From the NCBI GenBank assembly GCA_012295275.1, contig CM022665.1, positions 29,512,001-29,576,000 of the forward strand: a stretch of 64,000 bases of DNA, in the 5' to 3' direction. This document shows positions 48,601-63,089 of this stretch, piece after piece. The notes under the pieces were generated by a model, which had not been told where the DNA came from, made no database searches, and was given only the letters and a program-made list of their open reading frames with translations. The stretch is from Chrysomallon squamiferum. Taxonomy: Eukaryota; Animalia; Mollusca. Position numbers and translations under genes: made by a program. Numbering within the stretch: the stretch's first letter is position 1; each line of letters starts with the position of its first letter.

Positions 48601-49517
48601 AAGTTATTAACATCACATGTTATTCTTTACTTACTAAGCTAGATTTAGGTAGTTAAGATATAAAATTGTATTTATTAAGCTACAACCTGAACACCAGAAG
48701 TAGTAACTAAAAAGATAAATATGCTTTACAACATTATATGAATGATCTTACCTTATGAGATAATTCTGAACCATGAGCAACAGATGTTTTACTAACTAAA
48801 AACAACAAAGAAAGTATTAATAATTAAATTTCAAAAACAGTTATATATATATATATATTTTTTAAAACTGTTTACAAAATTTAATGATTTGGAAGGTATA
48901 TTTAAATTTAAGAAAGAAATATAAAGACATTATGAATATTTGTAAAGTGAAATAGAGCAATAACAAATTATTAAGTTCAATGAAAATAACAGATCATTTT
49001 TGTCATTTTAACTTTCAGAAAAATATTTATAATGGTACCTAGCATTAACACAAATGAAATATTACTAAAAATAGATTTTAACTTAATAAAAATTATAATA
49101 ATAAGAAAAAGCTTTTATTCAAGGCCTTAAACATGTTAAAAAAAAAAAAAAAGAATATCACAATGCTGTGCCTTAAAACTGAAAACATCAAAAAATAATT
49201 ATTCTGAATAAAAGTATTCAAAAAGTACTGTAAATCTTTAAATTTACTATTCAGTGATGACAAATTGGCTTTTTTAAATAAACGAAAAATTACAGAAAAG
49301 AAATCAGGTTTTATTTATTTACACTGATAGAATTAAAAAAAATAAAAAAAAATAAAAAAATGATAATAATAAAGTTTTCATTCATTCTCAAAAAAACTTA
49401 TGAATCCTATTAAAATGTGTTTGATATGTGCAAGAACTCACAATAATCACAATCATGACTATTTTTAAAGAAAAAAAAAAGAAGAAATAAAACAAACAGA
49501 AAAATAATTAATTCAGT

Positions 49518-49556
<39 letters not shown>

Positions 49557-52500
49557 TGATAAATGTAAAATATATGTGATCACAAACAGAAGTGTAAACA
49601 TCTTGAAATATATGTGACAACTAACCTTTCAGTGTGTACTTATAAAAAAAAAAAAAAAAAGTATTTTGTCTTATTGTGAATAATAATTTGTATTTACAGT
49701 ACTACGAAGGCGATGAACGTCTATATGAAACTACCAAAAGGGAAGGTAACTCCAGCTTCGTCCAGCTTCCTTTTATTCGTTTCTACATCAGTAGTGTGCA
49801 GCTCCACAAAGGGTGGCACGAAAAAATCTGTTTCTGCAAATGTGAGAAAAAATAATATTAAACAAAATTATATTTCACACAAATAGAGGTAGCAACAATA
49901 AGTACAGGTGCAAGAATATATATATATATACAGCAACTATGGTTCTGGAAGTCACACACAATTTTGGATTTTGCAGTTCTAGATTTAGGCTTAAAATAAA
50001 TAAATATTATCAGGCCACTGTTTCTGACAAAGACATTTATTATTTTTTAAATTTCAGTTAGTTTTCATTTGTAAAATATTTGGTTGTTTTTAGTTTTTAT
50101 TATTATTATTATTATTAGCTGCATTTGTTTATACAGTAAAACAGTTATATTTGTTTAACCTCGCAAGTACGGATGTTTGTTATTTCAGCTGGTGAAACCT
50201 ATAAAAATAGCAGACGCAAAGTTTTATCTTTCATAATCAATTAATGTTATTAAACTGATAATTTTTACATAATTTATTTTCATCTATGGATCCTATTACA
50301 GGACTTATATGTTTATAAAACCATGTAAAAACATGCTGAGCAATGAAAAGGCATTAACTATTAACAAAATAATAGTCTTTGTGGTTAAAATTGACTCTTG
50401 TTACCTTCTTTCACAAGTTCACTTTTGAACATTAGATTGTACTGGTTGTAACGATTCAGTAACTGTTTCACACTTGGTAATGGGTCTATCACAATGCATT
50501 CAGGATGAGCTGAAATGTAGTTCTGAAAAAAATTTACATATATATATACAGTAACTTGTTAAAATTATTTTACTTAAATAAATAATAATTAGTTAACAAA
50601 TCGATTTATTGAGGGTGGGGTTTGCAATTTTTATATTAAAAAAAATAATAAAAAATAAAAAAAAGAACTACATATCAATATAAAACATAATGATTGTTAT
50701 CTATATTGGTATTGGTTACAAATGCACACATTTGGCTCCTGGTTTGGAGATATTTCATGCTGGTATGGATACAAATCATTTCTCAGCCAAGATAAAGTTA
50801 GCATTTTCCAGTAAAATTGACATACATCAAAGCAGCTTCTGAAGCCATTACAACAGCTCCTATAGCAGTATAGGTAAACTGCCAAGAAATGTATACTGAA
50901 AATGTTAATTTTTTAAAATCCATTGATAGGTATTAATTTTTACAATACAAACAAATGATGATTGTGAAATTTCTTTTTTTTTTTTTTTTCTTTTTTTAAA
51001 AGTTTTAAATAATTCTTATGTAAAACACATTTGTTTACAAATATTAATTCTGACATTAAATAACACTTTTAAATTTTTAAAAGGATGTTCTTCTGTCAGC
51101 ATTATAATTATTAAAATGTCAGATTTCAATTTCTTTAACATTCACATACATGAGACAAATAATCAAAAAATAATACTGTTTTCCTTTTAATTATATTTTT
51201 TTTCTTCTATAAACTGACAACAAAAGGAATACAGGAGAAACTGGATCAAGGCTATAGTATTTATCCACCCCTTATATAAACTGATTTTCTACTCTGAAGA
51301 TTTTAATTATAAATAAGTGGGAAATGTTTACAGAAACAGGTTTAGTTAAAAAATAAAATGAGATGATAAATTATCTTTTATTCCATTTAAGCATGCTGGT
51401 TTAAACTTGTGTATTCTCTCCAACAGAGCAAAACATTAGTTAATTCAGTGTCTGTATGCCACACAGGGTTGGCTAAAGGTCATCATGATACAGGTAACAC
51501 TATGTGTGATATCTAGTTACTGACAGAATAATGCAGTCTAATATCATGTTCCTTACTACTGAGAATATCTGTCCTCAGCAGAGTAACTCGCCTACTATAT
51601 AGGTCATGCTGTTTTTTTTTGTTTTTTTTTTAAATGATCCAAAAGAAAGGAATATTTACCACACATATGTGCATATTAACAAGGGCTATAAATAACCCAG
51701 ATATAAAAACAAACATAACACTTAACTATCAAAATATGTTTTATTGCTGAAAATAGCAGATAAATAAGTTTATATATAGACATTTCACCTCCTGAATGCT
51801 CCAAGCAAATTTTCTGAAGATGGGAGGTGATAAAGGTCAGCTCTGTTACCTTAGCACTATACTATACAAAAGATGATATAATACACTGTTTTGATATGAA
51901 TGTATGAACTGCTGTTCAGACGTGATCAGACAGGGTATTTTGTGTACTTGAAACTTTCTTGCAGAGCTGTTTGTCTACAACTTTTAAAATGCTCTGCTGA
52001 GGAAATATAAAGCTGAGGAATCAGACATGTTCAAACAGCCATGGTCCTGCAATAAATCAGTCTAAGGCCAGTGATTAATGGAATTTAATGAAAAAATGGA
52101 CTAATTAAATGACTTTATCAATGATAAATAATCTTTTGTAAACAGAACATTTTATTTTGTCTGTAGAACATTTGTAAATGTACAATAAAAAATACAGCGT
52201 AGGAGTTTCAGCATTTAATCTATGTTTCTGATTAACATTCTGCCACTGACTCAGATCTGTGACCTACCTTCTGACAAACATTTTGATTTATTATTTTATA
52301 TTTCAAGGAAGATAAATAATAGTTAATAGTCAGATGATGCATATAAATGTACAAAATAATATATATATTTTTTTCTTCCCATTAAAAACAAATTAATTCC
52401 ATCCCAGTGATGATTAATTAGACAGATATGTTTACAGATACAAGTATGAGTCATGTTGTGGTAAAGACAGTGTGTGCAGATGTGACCTTATTTCTGTATG

Positions 52501-52683
52501 TAAATGGAACTTCCTGTGAAAATTATTTACACCAACAAGCATATTTACAAGATAAATGAAAAATACTGATTAGAACAAAAAATTTAATATTAAAAGGCTC
52601 TCTTTCAAAAGAGCCAAAAGTATAAAAATGTATGCTTAATATTCTTATTTATTTTGTAAATAATGTAATCCAATTTAAAATTC

Positions 52684-52727
<44 letters not shown>

Positions 52728-55700
52728 GTTATTAGTATTAGCAATGCCATTCAGGAAATTTTATTAACAAAAACTATCTTTATCCTTGTTACTAAGATTG
52801 TATTCATACTGAATGCATTTCATTCAGGACACAAAACTTAATGCATTGTTGAACATCTATGTTGCCCTGTTGGACCTTCCTTAATGTCAGCTATTTAACA
52901 TTCCAGTGGAAACTTTACAACTTAACCCAGATATTCCCATATTTAGTCATCTTCTAAGTTTATCCCAGCTATTTACATTAAAGTTAAGTGGACATGTTGA
53001 AAATTAAGAATATCAACAATGATTATTTTTTCTTATCTTTTTTATGGATCAGTTCTATCATACACAGATCAGAAATTATAGAAATTTAAAATTGCACATG
53101 AACTTTATTATGACCCTTTATATTTGAAACCTCAGACCTGAAAACTGGAAAATAAAGGTCACCACCAGAACAAACTGGATAAATGATCTGGTATCTGCAT
53201 TCATAATGTATTACCTATATCATTTGCATGTTGAAAAACACACACACACACACAAACAGTCAGGTTATAATGGTCAGCTAATAATAACTAAAAAATGTTT
53301 TCATTTCATTATCAGTTTTCTAACCCACAAATAAAATCTTGTTTTCTTGTCAGTGTAACTGTTATGTTGACTATCTAATATACTGTGTAAGCTTGACCAA
53401 TTATTGTAGCTGAATACATTATTGATAATACTGCCATGATCAATATACTAATTCAGTCTGTGAAGGTCATATTCATGATCAATGAAACTATATTAACAAC
53501 GTAAATTAATTCTGAAATGTATATAAAAAAGGGATTACCATTCTTTATCATAGAACAGCTTTCATAAATAACTTAAAAGCTAAAGCTATAAATTTAACTT
53601 TAAAGTATTAATACTGAAAAAATTTGGCACTTAATGCCCTGTTTGTACAGATTTTAATAAGCTATTACACTCTATAAAAAGTGATAACAACAATAATAGC
53701 ATAAATAAATTAATAAATTTAAAAAATATATATTTTAAAAAATATCCTTTTAGCACAAAATAAAATATTTCTGTTGGTATTACTTGCTCAAGAGAGAAGA
53801 TAAAATACAGTTAGTGTTAAAGGGATATAACAAATTGTTTTTTGTTTTTTTAAACAAATGATTTCATGCTTAATTATAATGCATATAAACATATCTGAAT
53901 TAACTGCATTGTAAGCAGTCTTTTGTATTAACTAATAAAATACAGCAGACTTCTTTTCTTGCAAAAGAGGTCTCTGTCCCATTTAATTATCTTGCGTTTA
54001 ACTCCTACGTGAAAAACATACAGCACTAGTAGTGTTATCTGACAGTGTACATAGAAACATTTTTCTACTTCTTTAGAAATATGGGTCTTATGACTCAGTA
54101 TTTCATTATCAAGAGTTACAACTATTATAAAACATTCCACTGTAAAAAATATATTACTATGTCTCACATAAACAACAGCATGAACAAACACTTGAAAGTA
54201 ACTAATAAAACGTTACTATCAACACTTATTATACACCTAAATATATATGTACAGTTACAGTAATATATTATTTCTTAAACTTAAGCCAGTGGTCTGAGGT
54301 GCTTTATCAAAAATTGTGCAAAACACTTTAATGTCTGTGGGAAGGTGAGTAATGTAAAAGATACACTGCTGTTAATTAGCTGGCAAAAATGAACATCCTT
54401 TTTCATATCATCATTATACAAATATCATATGACTGACCCCTAATAGCCAATAAATATAAAATTAATAAAATGTGCTCAGGTGTTGTTAAAGCATATGTTT
54501 GTTTTGGGCTTTCCTAAATCTTATAGAACATTAAAAAACAAAGAAAAGGAAACATTTTTTTCAGTTATGAAAAAAGAAAAACAAAAAGGACCTAGATTTT
54601 TTAAATTTAAGGACAGTCGCAGTTAATGTAAGTATTGTGCGTCATGTGCTATGTAGTCGTTTCTCAAAAAGATAAACAACTTGTACAGTTTGTACACAGA
54701 CTGAATTACGAAGGCAAGGTTAATGTTTGCATAATAGTTCATTGTAATTAATACTTTCTGCTGACAGTGAAAACAAAAAAGTTTAGGAAATTTTAAAGCG
54801 TTCTGATGAAATACAATTTGTAGGCTTTCTTTTCTTTGCTTTTTCTTTTTAACTGTGTATCACAGAAAATGAAAAAAAAAATGAAAAAAAGCTTATTTTG
54901 AATGTCTGGAGATCAAAAAAAGAAAAAAAAAGCTTATTTTGAATGTCTGGAGATCAAAAAAAAAAAAAAAAAAAAAAGAAAAACAAAATATTTTCAAGAA
55001 CATGTGTATGTGTATGTGCTTTATGCACACCTGTGTGAATGTGTCACTTAATGTACATAAACAGTAAGTTTATTAATTTGCATTAAGGCAATATGAATTA
55101 ATAACAAGTGTGTGTATTAATTTACCTGTATGTTCTGAATGTTTTGCTGAGCCTCTAAATTGCCCATGTTGGCCCTTGTCAACACATCAGCCAATTTGTT
55201 GAGTATAGCATCAAATGGTCCCTGTTCTTCCAGTGAACATGTCAAATCAATCTGGAATTTAAAAAAAAAAAAAAAAAAAAAAATAATAATAATCATCTTT
55301 ATAAATGAATGCTCTAAGGGTTAAAAAGGCCTAGGCTGTATAGATCCCAGTTTCCAAACACTGTAGTGTACCTACTGGGCTATATTTCGATTCCAGACAG
55401 TGTCCTACATCTAGACTCTACATAATCAAAAGTTGTCAGAGGTTATTCTGTTTGTCGGTTCCTTTTATCACGCAATCATTTTGAAACATATGGTACCAAA
55501 TACAGTAGTAGTAATAACTGTTATAATTAAAATGTTTTGATAAATAATTATTTTCTTGGACATAAAGCTGTTAATGCTAGACACTTTTACGTCAGTGATT
55601 ATCTAAACTGTGTAATAGAGGTTAATTTCTTAAATTTGTTCCTAATTTTAATTCAGTATCAAACAAAAATACTACTGAACCGTATGCAAATGAAAACTAT

Positions 55701-58700
55701 AAACACTTGTTTATAGACAGTTACTAGTACTGTTTTACATAATATATGTACCAATGCCACAAACCAGTAAAAAAACGTACATGATTTTTAAACTGAAATC
55801 AGTTTAAAAAAACAAACAAAAAATTCATTCTTCATTCCATCAAGGTTTAATTGTTTAGATTGTGCATTTTCGTAAGTTGTGTGTACACACTAAAGTTTTG
55901 AAATATGGTGAACTGTTCAGTAAAATGTGTCAATCCAAGACAGTTTTAAAATTATTGTATTTTCCAAATTTTCAAAGTTACATCCACCACAATACAATTC
56001 TGAATCATCAGCCAAATGGTACAGTAAATAAAATATGTTTTTCTTTTATTTGGATCACCTGTTTTTATTTTCCATGACCAAACCTCTGGTGATTTAAATA
56101 TTTTAAAATAATAAAAGACCTGTCTAAAAATATTTCACCTTTTGCTATGCATTAAATCAACAGTAACACAAAAAAATCTAATTATAGTCCTAATTTTGAA
56201 CCACTGGACAAATGCCAACACAAAGAGCTATTTCTCAGTACAGTATACATTTTATATTTATGTCTATACAGTAACAGCTAATACGCATAAAGGTTAAAGT
56301 CAACTACATAAATCTAATGTATATGTTTTGTAACCTACTGAATAGAATGTGGAAAAAAAAACTGAACACAATATAAGATATTTCATCTTGAATCAAACTA
56401 TATACACCCACTTACAGTGACACCCAATGCCCACACCCAACAACAGAGAACATTAAAATAAATGCGAGCTTTAATAGAATTCTTTTGATATCAGGTATTT
56501 TAATGTTGTCATAAAAGGAGAAAAAAAAAAAAAGAAGTTTATTACATACAAAATGTAGTACAGTATTGTTCATTTTCAAAAAATGAGATTAAAGCAAATT
56601 AAATTATAGAAGTGAACATTTCATGCAGTTCAGTCTGACAGTGAACCAAGATTTGCATGGAGTATTGATATATTTTCAATATGATGTTATTAGATGTTAC
56701 AGAAATAACCCAACAACTGTCTACTAAACAGTACAAAACCTCTGACTTCATCTAAACTAGAATGATCAATGATTATCAATAATATTTTGTATACAGTACA
56801 TTCCAAATACATTAGTAATAGTTATAGAACAAGATAAAAATGATCTATTAACATAATCCATCAGATTAATGATTTTTAAACAATCACAGCCATTTCTAAT
56901 GTAATTTATTTTAATTAAAGAATATTATTTTAATAATGAAGTCAACTTTTTTCTTTTAAATTATTATTATTTTATTTTTATTTTTATATGGTCTGTGCAA
57001 TATGGTCCATTTTTTTCTTCAAATTTTACTCTATGCAGAATTTATTTTTTCTCCGTGACAGTGTGACTTTTCTGTAACAATGATGATCTAAATTCCATAA
57101 TAAGGTTACAACAGACCAAGAACAAAAAAGTCATTACCAAAACAAAACATGTTAGCTAATTATTTTTTATTTGTAAAATGTCAGTTCAATGAATACATAC
57201 ATTTTTATATAAATAGTAAACAAAACAATTTTTTTTTAAAATTGTGACATATTATTGTACCATATATAGTTGAGAAAACGTGGTGAGAAAAAAACAACAC
57301 TTAACCACTGTGAGACTAGTTATTTTTACAAAATGACTAATGTTAATAATACAGGAGTGACTTGAATGTATTACAGGTATTTATTACATTTATTTAAATA
57401 AGACTTTTTACTAAATGTTTGATCTATTATGTTAGAACACCACAGGGGTAGTAAATCTGTGCAGAACTTTAAAAAAAAACAAAAAAAACCAAAACCCTGA
57501 TTAACAACTCAAAAATAATTATGTAAGTACATGTCAGTGCAACATATATTTTGGAAACAATTCCTAAATAGATTTTACAGGTATTAATCAATGCAATACT
57601 GAATTTTAGGTAACTTAATATGTGATAATCCGATTAAAATCAATTCCTTTATTGTTAATCCAGATGTTACGGTTAGATGTAAGAAATATATAGATTAATA
57701 TATTTAGCATTATGCCAAATAAAATCAGTTTATTTATTTGTTAAACAGACTAAGCCTGGTGAGAAAAACCACTTATCCACTGAGAGCAGTGATTATCTTT
57801 ATTATATTTATCCATTAGCAAGCTCAACTAATGGCTAATGTTAATAATACAAATGTTCTTCTTTTGATCTGATATAACAATCCGATTTTAAATATGTGTA
57901 AGAATAGCTGTGTTATAACTTTTCATTCTAAGAATGACATTAGCTGAAAAGGTAACATGTATTAAATGCTCATACATCATTCAGGTAAATAGCATGAACC
58001 TTTGTAGCACACATACAAGATGTGAAAATGTCTGGTAATTTCAACACAAGACCAGTAACCAATGCTTTAATGTTTCTGATTAGATTTTGATTATGCTTGA
58101 TTGTTATCAATCTTTTATGTCAGGCAATTTATGGTTTTCCAAAAAATGTGTCCTTCCCAAAAGTGCTTTGGTTACGACATCATTTGCATTTGTCTCTTAC
58201 AGTGTAAAGTAGATTAAAAAGCAACATCATCTTGCCATTATAATCAATGTTTTAAATGTTATGTGAACAATAAAGAATTACATTCAATAAATATAACAAG
58301 TAATGGTATTGTTTAAACTGATCAACTGATGGTCACGATGCACCAGAAAGTATTATAAACCATAGTGAGTGATAATACATTTCAACTCTGCTTTAGTTGA
58401 CCTGTGATTTCAGATAAGCGCTATATGATAGTAATCATACTTGGTGACAAAACCATTAATAATATCATTACTAACTGAATGACATTCTACTTTAACAATC
58501 TTTATTATCACACTGCCAATGCAGTTATAGCTGAGTCATTTCTACAGAGCTATTGATTTTTACCTTTCAAACCTGCAATTAAACTCTAGATTTTTTAATT
58601 CAGTTAAACTGTCACCTATTTCCAATTCTGAAAAAAAAGAAGAGGAGGAAAATACAAATTATTGTTATCTTGTGAAGGTAATGTCATTAATAGGTTTTCT

Positions 58701-60458
58701 TGCTTGAGCATGTTGATTTTGAAGATTTTGTAACCACAATCAAATCAGACCAAATCAGTACCAAATCAAGTTCTCATTATGTACTGATATCACAGCAAAC
58801 TGAATTCAAAAGATTAACTAACCAACCATTAATTTGTTTTTTTTGTTATACTGCTGGTCAAAATCAAAGAGAACACCAACTGACAACATGAGAAATATAT
58901 GCATGTCTGCATGTGATTCTGTTTCTATATAAAGCCAATGAATAATGCTTTATTACATCCCAGTACAAATAATGTATAAGCTATTAAACATTTAACAAAT
59001 GCTGTTATGAACAGAAATTAAATAATAATAATAATAACTAAAATGTTAAAATGCAATGTAAAGAGTTGTGCATAAAACCTGTTTTTTAATTCAGATCTAC
59101 AAGATTAAATATTTATCATCATTCAAAGTTATCAATATTACCCTATCTTTTCAAAATCAAAAATACAAATCTGTCACCACATGCACGTACATGAACATAA
59201 ATAAATAAAACACTAAATGAGTAACCTAACACTTTTAAAAAAAACACCAAAATATGACTATACACATTTATTCAATTATATTAGTCTGTGAAATGTGGTA
59301 ATTGTAAAAGATTTGTTAATTAAACAAAAGAAAATTATTAAATTATGTTTCAAAGATGCTTTAAATAAAAATAAAAGTAAATGACAAATGCTTCAAGTAG
59401 GATTATAAAAGTAAATATTTATGAATTGATCGTAATTGGTTTTCAGTTTAATTCTTGTAGTTGAATTATTATTACATATTTCTGAAACAGAATATATTTT
59501 AATGAATTCATTAACAATATCTTTATAACTGAAGATAAAATTGTATCTATTTTGCTGACAGTTATGCTGTTTAGTGATACAAAGATTGACTGATAAGTAT
59601 GCATGTACATTTGATGTATACCAGTTAAGTTAGTTGTATCATTTTGATGTCCTGAGTTTCTATTATTATCTAAAATCTGCCTGTAGTTTATCCTTGTTTA
59701 AGTATGATATCATGTATGATATTATCACAACTGTCCATCATTTCCTTTGAAGCAGTACTGGAGGATGTCAATAAAGACATCATGTATAGATTCTTAACAT
59801 TTTAGTCCACATCAAATACTCAACTGACATCACTTAATGTTAAATTCAGCACATCAAATACCCCATACCTGCTTCAGATATTGCTAAATGTTGCATCAAC
59901 CATTGTATGTTTAACCACTGCAGAAACATGCAAGTTTTCAAAAGAATATAAAATGTGTGTGCGTAGTTTGCTTTTTCACAATCAAATGCACTGTTCCATT
60001 AATTTACCACACAAAAACCAATGTGTAACTGTTATATTTCATTATCACACCATAAACACATTTTTAAAAATTTTGGTTTTTTTTTTTTTTAATTCATATC
60101 TTTAAGTTATTTGAATAATCTTTTTGCTTTTAAAAAAAAATAATGCTAGTTACAACATGTGAGGTATAGCTTTAATATGTTTTGTTGTCTATAAAATGAA
60201 CAAAGAAAAGATATCCAACTCTGACTATCCACATCACACATATACTTTTCTCAGGTTAAAACATTCACACTATGTGCTGAATGCAAATGTCTGATTCCAC
60301 CCATGGTTGCTATGTTTTTGTTTACCTGGTTTTCTATGTATTATGCATAATAAAGGACTTTATAGTAATTTTATTGCTTTGTTCTTGTCTCCACCAGTAA
60401 CACAAATTACATATTGTTTATCTTTTTAACATTTTATCATTTTTGTTATCTATCTCAG

Positions 60459-60508
<50 letters not shown>

Positions 60509-62774
60509 AGTTACAGGAAAATGAATAAGAACACAAAATATTTTCAGACTTGTTAAATGAATCATCTACAGTTAAAGACTACTGTTCAAGTGACTGTATT
60601 AGATAGTATGTTCCAAAATTCAAATGTATAATCCAAGGATCCAGTTAATTTTTACAAAAAGATAACTGTAACAAATTAAAACATTCAAAATTTTAAAATT
60701 ATTATTATTATTCTAAATAATAGCATGATTTAACACAGAACAAAAAACAAAATAATAACAATAATTTTTTTCTTCATTTGCTTAAAAGAAGTTTTAATAA
60801 CATCAAAATCATTCTTTTATTAAAATTTCTTTCTTAAACAGAATTTTTTCTTCACAGCTTTATTTATCTAAAAAAAAAAAAAAGTTTGGAAAAATATATA
60901 ACTGATTTAGAATGTACGAGAGGAAGGACATTTTTATTTAACAAGACTCATCACATTTAATTTATGGTTTTATAGTGTCTAATAGGCAGTAAGAAAGGCA
61001 AATTTTCCGCCACCACTTCATGGTATACTCTCTTCTGTTAGCTGCAAAGGATCTTTTATATACACCATCCCATAAACATAAATACTTTTGTTACACCAGT
61101 TGTTTAGAAGATAAGAAAGAATTTGACTACTGCAAAAAAATAAAAAACATACACAACAATTATTTCAACAGAAAAGATATTACTTAAAATAACAAATACA
61201 CTTACCTTTTTCAGTTCAAAGCCAGCATTTCTGAAAAATAAACAGTTTCTCTTTAAGCCAACATTATACTTTTAACAATACTTTTTAAAGAAATTAAAAC
61301 TTAAAGATTTCTGATGAATTAAATGTGTTTAAAATTTATTTCACATTCATTTGCTTATAATCTGGTAATATTTTAATTTTATTTCACTTTATTTTTATTA
61401 TTTTGTGGGGAGGAACTTTTCAGACATGATTTAAAATTTATAATGCTTTGAAATAATGTTATAAGCAATTTTAAGCAGATAGCTTCCATTCAACTTTCAA
61501 ATAATGTTATAAGCAATTTTAAGCAGGTAGCTTCCATTCAACTTTCAAATAAATATATTTATATTCAATTCATGCATTATATATTAATAAATTAATCTAC
61601 CATAGAAAAAGCAAAACAATAAACTGTTATTTTGTCAGCAAATATCCAAAAGTCTGTGATGCTTCATTACAGTTTTCCCCAATTAAATGCTAACAAGAAC
61701 GTATATGTAATTTTTAAATCATCAGAATCAAGGTTGCCACTATGAGAATTATATCCATTTTATCTATAAATTCTTGGCAAGTTGTACAACCTAAAATGTT
61801 TTCAACATAATTTGGTGGTTATACAAGAATGTACTGAAAGAATCACCCATTAGCACCTAAGCATTTAGCCATGAAATTGTGTTGAAAATTTCTAACACTG
61901 TTGGCAACTGTAAGATTTTTAGGAATAGATAAAATTCTGATAGTGATGTTCTTTTTTAATATCTAGTTGATCATTTACTGTTAATGTACAGAAAAATAAA
62001 CAAAACAAATTTTATTATTTTATTTTTTATTAATTTAAAGTGTGTGTATGTGTGGTTTAAACTTTTTTTTTTTTTTCCACTAATTTTTGAATAAAAACAT
62101 TTCTGGCCTGTATATTAACATACATTTTTAAATTCAATTTTTGTTTTGTTATTTTATTATTATTATTATTATTATTTTTTTTTTTTTTTTTTTTTAAATT
62201 GTGATCTTGACAGTTATTAAATAGAAAATTACTATTCAAACATAATTTGCAGTTATGTGAAACGTCTTTTTTTAATTTAATATATTGCATATAAATAAAC
62301 TCATATGAATCAAGTATTGAAGTATTAATCAACAAAATTTCAGTATTTAAATATACTTGTGTATGTATATGTATATATAAAAAAATATATATACCTATAT
62401 GTGTAGGCATCAGTCCTATTACTGTTATGCCTACGTGATACTGATTACAGTGTATCACCATATATGATTATAAATCCCTTACTTTTACTGTTTATATCAC
62501 ACACACACACACCCACACCCACACACATATATATTTAACGTTTTATTATTATAATATTTAACGTTTTATTATTATTATTCGAAATGTATTATGATTTAAA
62601 ATTAAAACTAAATACACTAAAATATAACCGTCATAATATAATTCAATACTTTTGGCACGTAATTATACTTTCCATCATCATAAAGTTGTATACTCACCTG
62701 AACATATCCCTGTGCTCCTCAAAATTTAATTTTTTGCTCTTTTTCTCACTTATCCAGTATCCTATACGCTTCAT
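45696..62774 (-). CDS. ITPK1: Inositol-tetrakisphosphate 1-kinase (ITPK1), 10 exons, 422 aa
   Basis: Exons 62774-62698, 61230-61206, 55251-55126, 50522-50405, 49833-49735, 48795-48752, 48466-48307, 47726-47659, 46521-46353, 46078-45696; all GT-AG, sum 1269 nt. Motifs IGYWISEKK.KKLNF, EQGPFD, VAHG..SHKMA, FINHNAVLFK, QRPSLKN, DSHDVSKP and LFGVDII..HAIIDVNVFPGY (ATP-grasp ITPK family). Confidence 0.95.
52688..52724. repeat. (TG)n microsatellite
   Basis: Direct reading. Confidence 0.95.
54285..54495. mobile_element. Degenerate SINE-like dispersed repeat
   Basis: ATGTCTGTGGGAAGGTGAG...GTAAAAGATACACTGCTGTTAA aligns with the reverse complement of 61035-61080. Weaker relatives lie near 37615-37845 and 55305-55460. 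Confidence 0.45.
54884..54960. repeat. 41-bp tandem duplication
   Basis: GCTTATTTTGAATGTCTGGAGATC plus an A-run, at 54891 and 54932. Confidence 0.9.
60466..60507. repeat. (TG)n microsatellite
   Basis: Direct reading. Confidence 0.95.
60918..61105. mobile_element. Degenerate SINE-like dispersed repeat
   Basis: GGAAGGACATTTTTATTTAAC...CCACTTCATGG...GCAAAGGATCTTTTATATACACCATCCCA...TTTGTTACACCAGTTG. In-window inverted relative at 54285-54495. Resembles an abundant gastropod repeat (from memory, unverified). Confidence 0.5.
61451..61550. repeat. 48-bp tandem duplication
   Basis: AAATAATGTTATAAGCAATTTTAAGCAGRTAGCTTCCATTCAACTTTC at 61451 and 61499. Confidence 0.92.
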
Positions 62775-63089
62775 GATTGAACGTGTAGTCAGTGAATTGC
62801 CTAACAGTAACTGTCAGTCGTCAAAACCGGTCTAAACAGATACATCCACATTATCATGTTTACTTTCTGCCTTTGGATTTGGCCGCACTAGAAAATCTAC
62901 TTTCTAAACATAATCATTGATTAAATCATAAAGCGCCCCTTGCGGAAAACATAAAGTTTTTACTGATTATTTTCCCTTCATGTTGTTGTTGTTGTTGTTG
63001 TTGTTGTTATTAGTAGTATTATTCCTGTTGTTGTTATAATGATATATCGAATCATCTGATATAGTCTATATTGTTTTAAAATATATTTT

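Noticed and set aside
51789-51813. Possible 25-nt poison exon in ITPK1 intron 3
   Set aside because: Plausible splice sites only; frameshifting and no supporting similarity.
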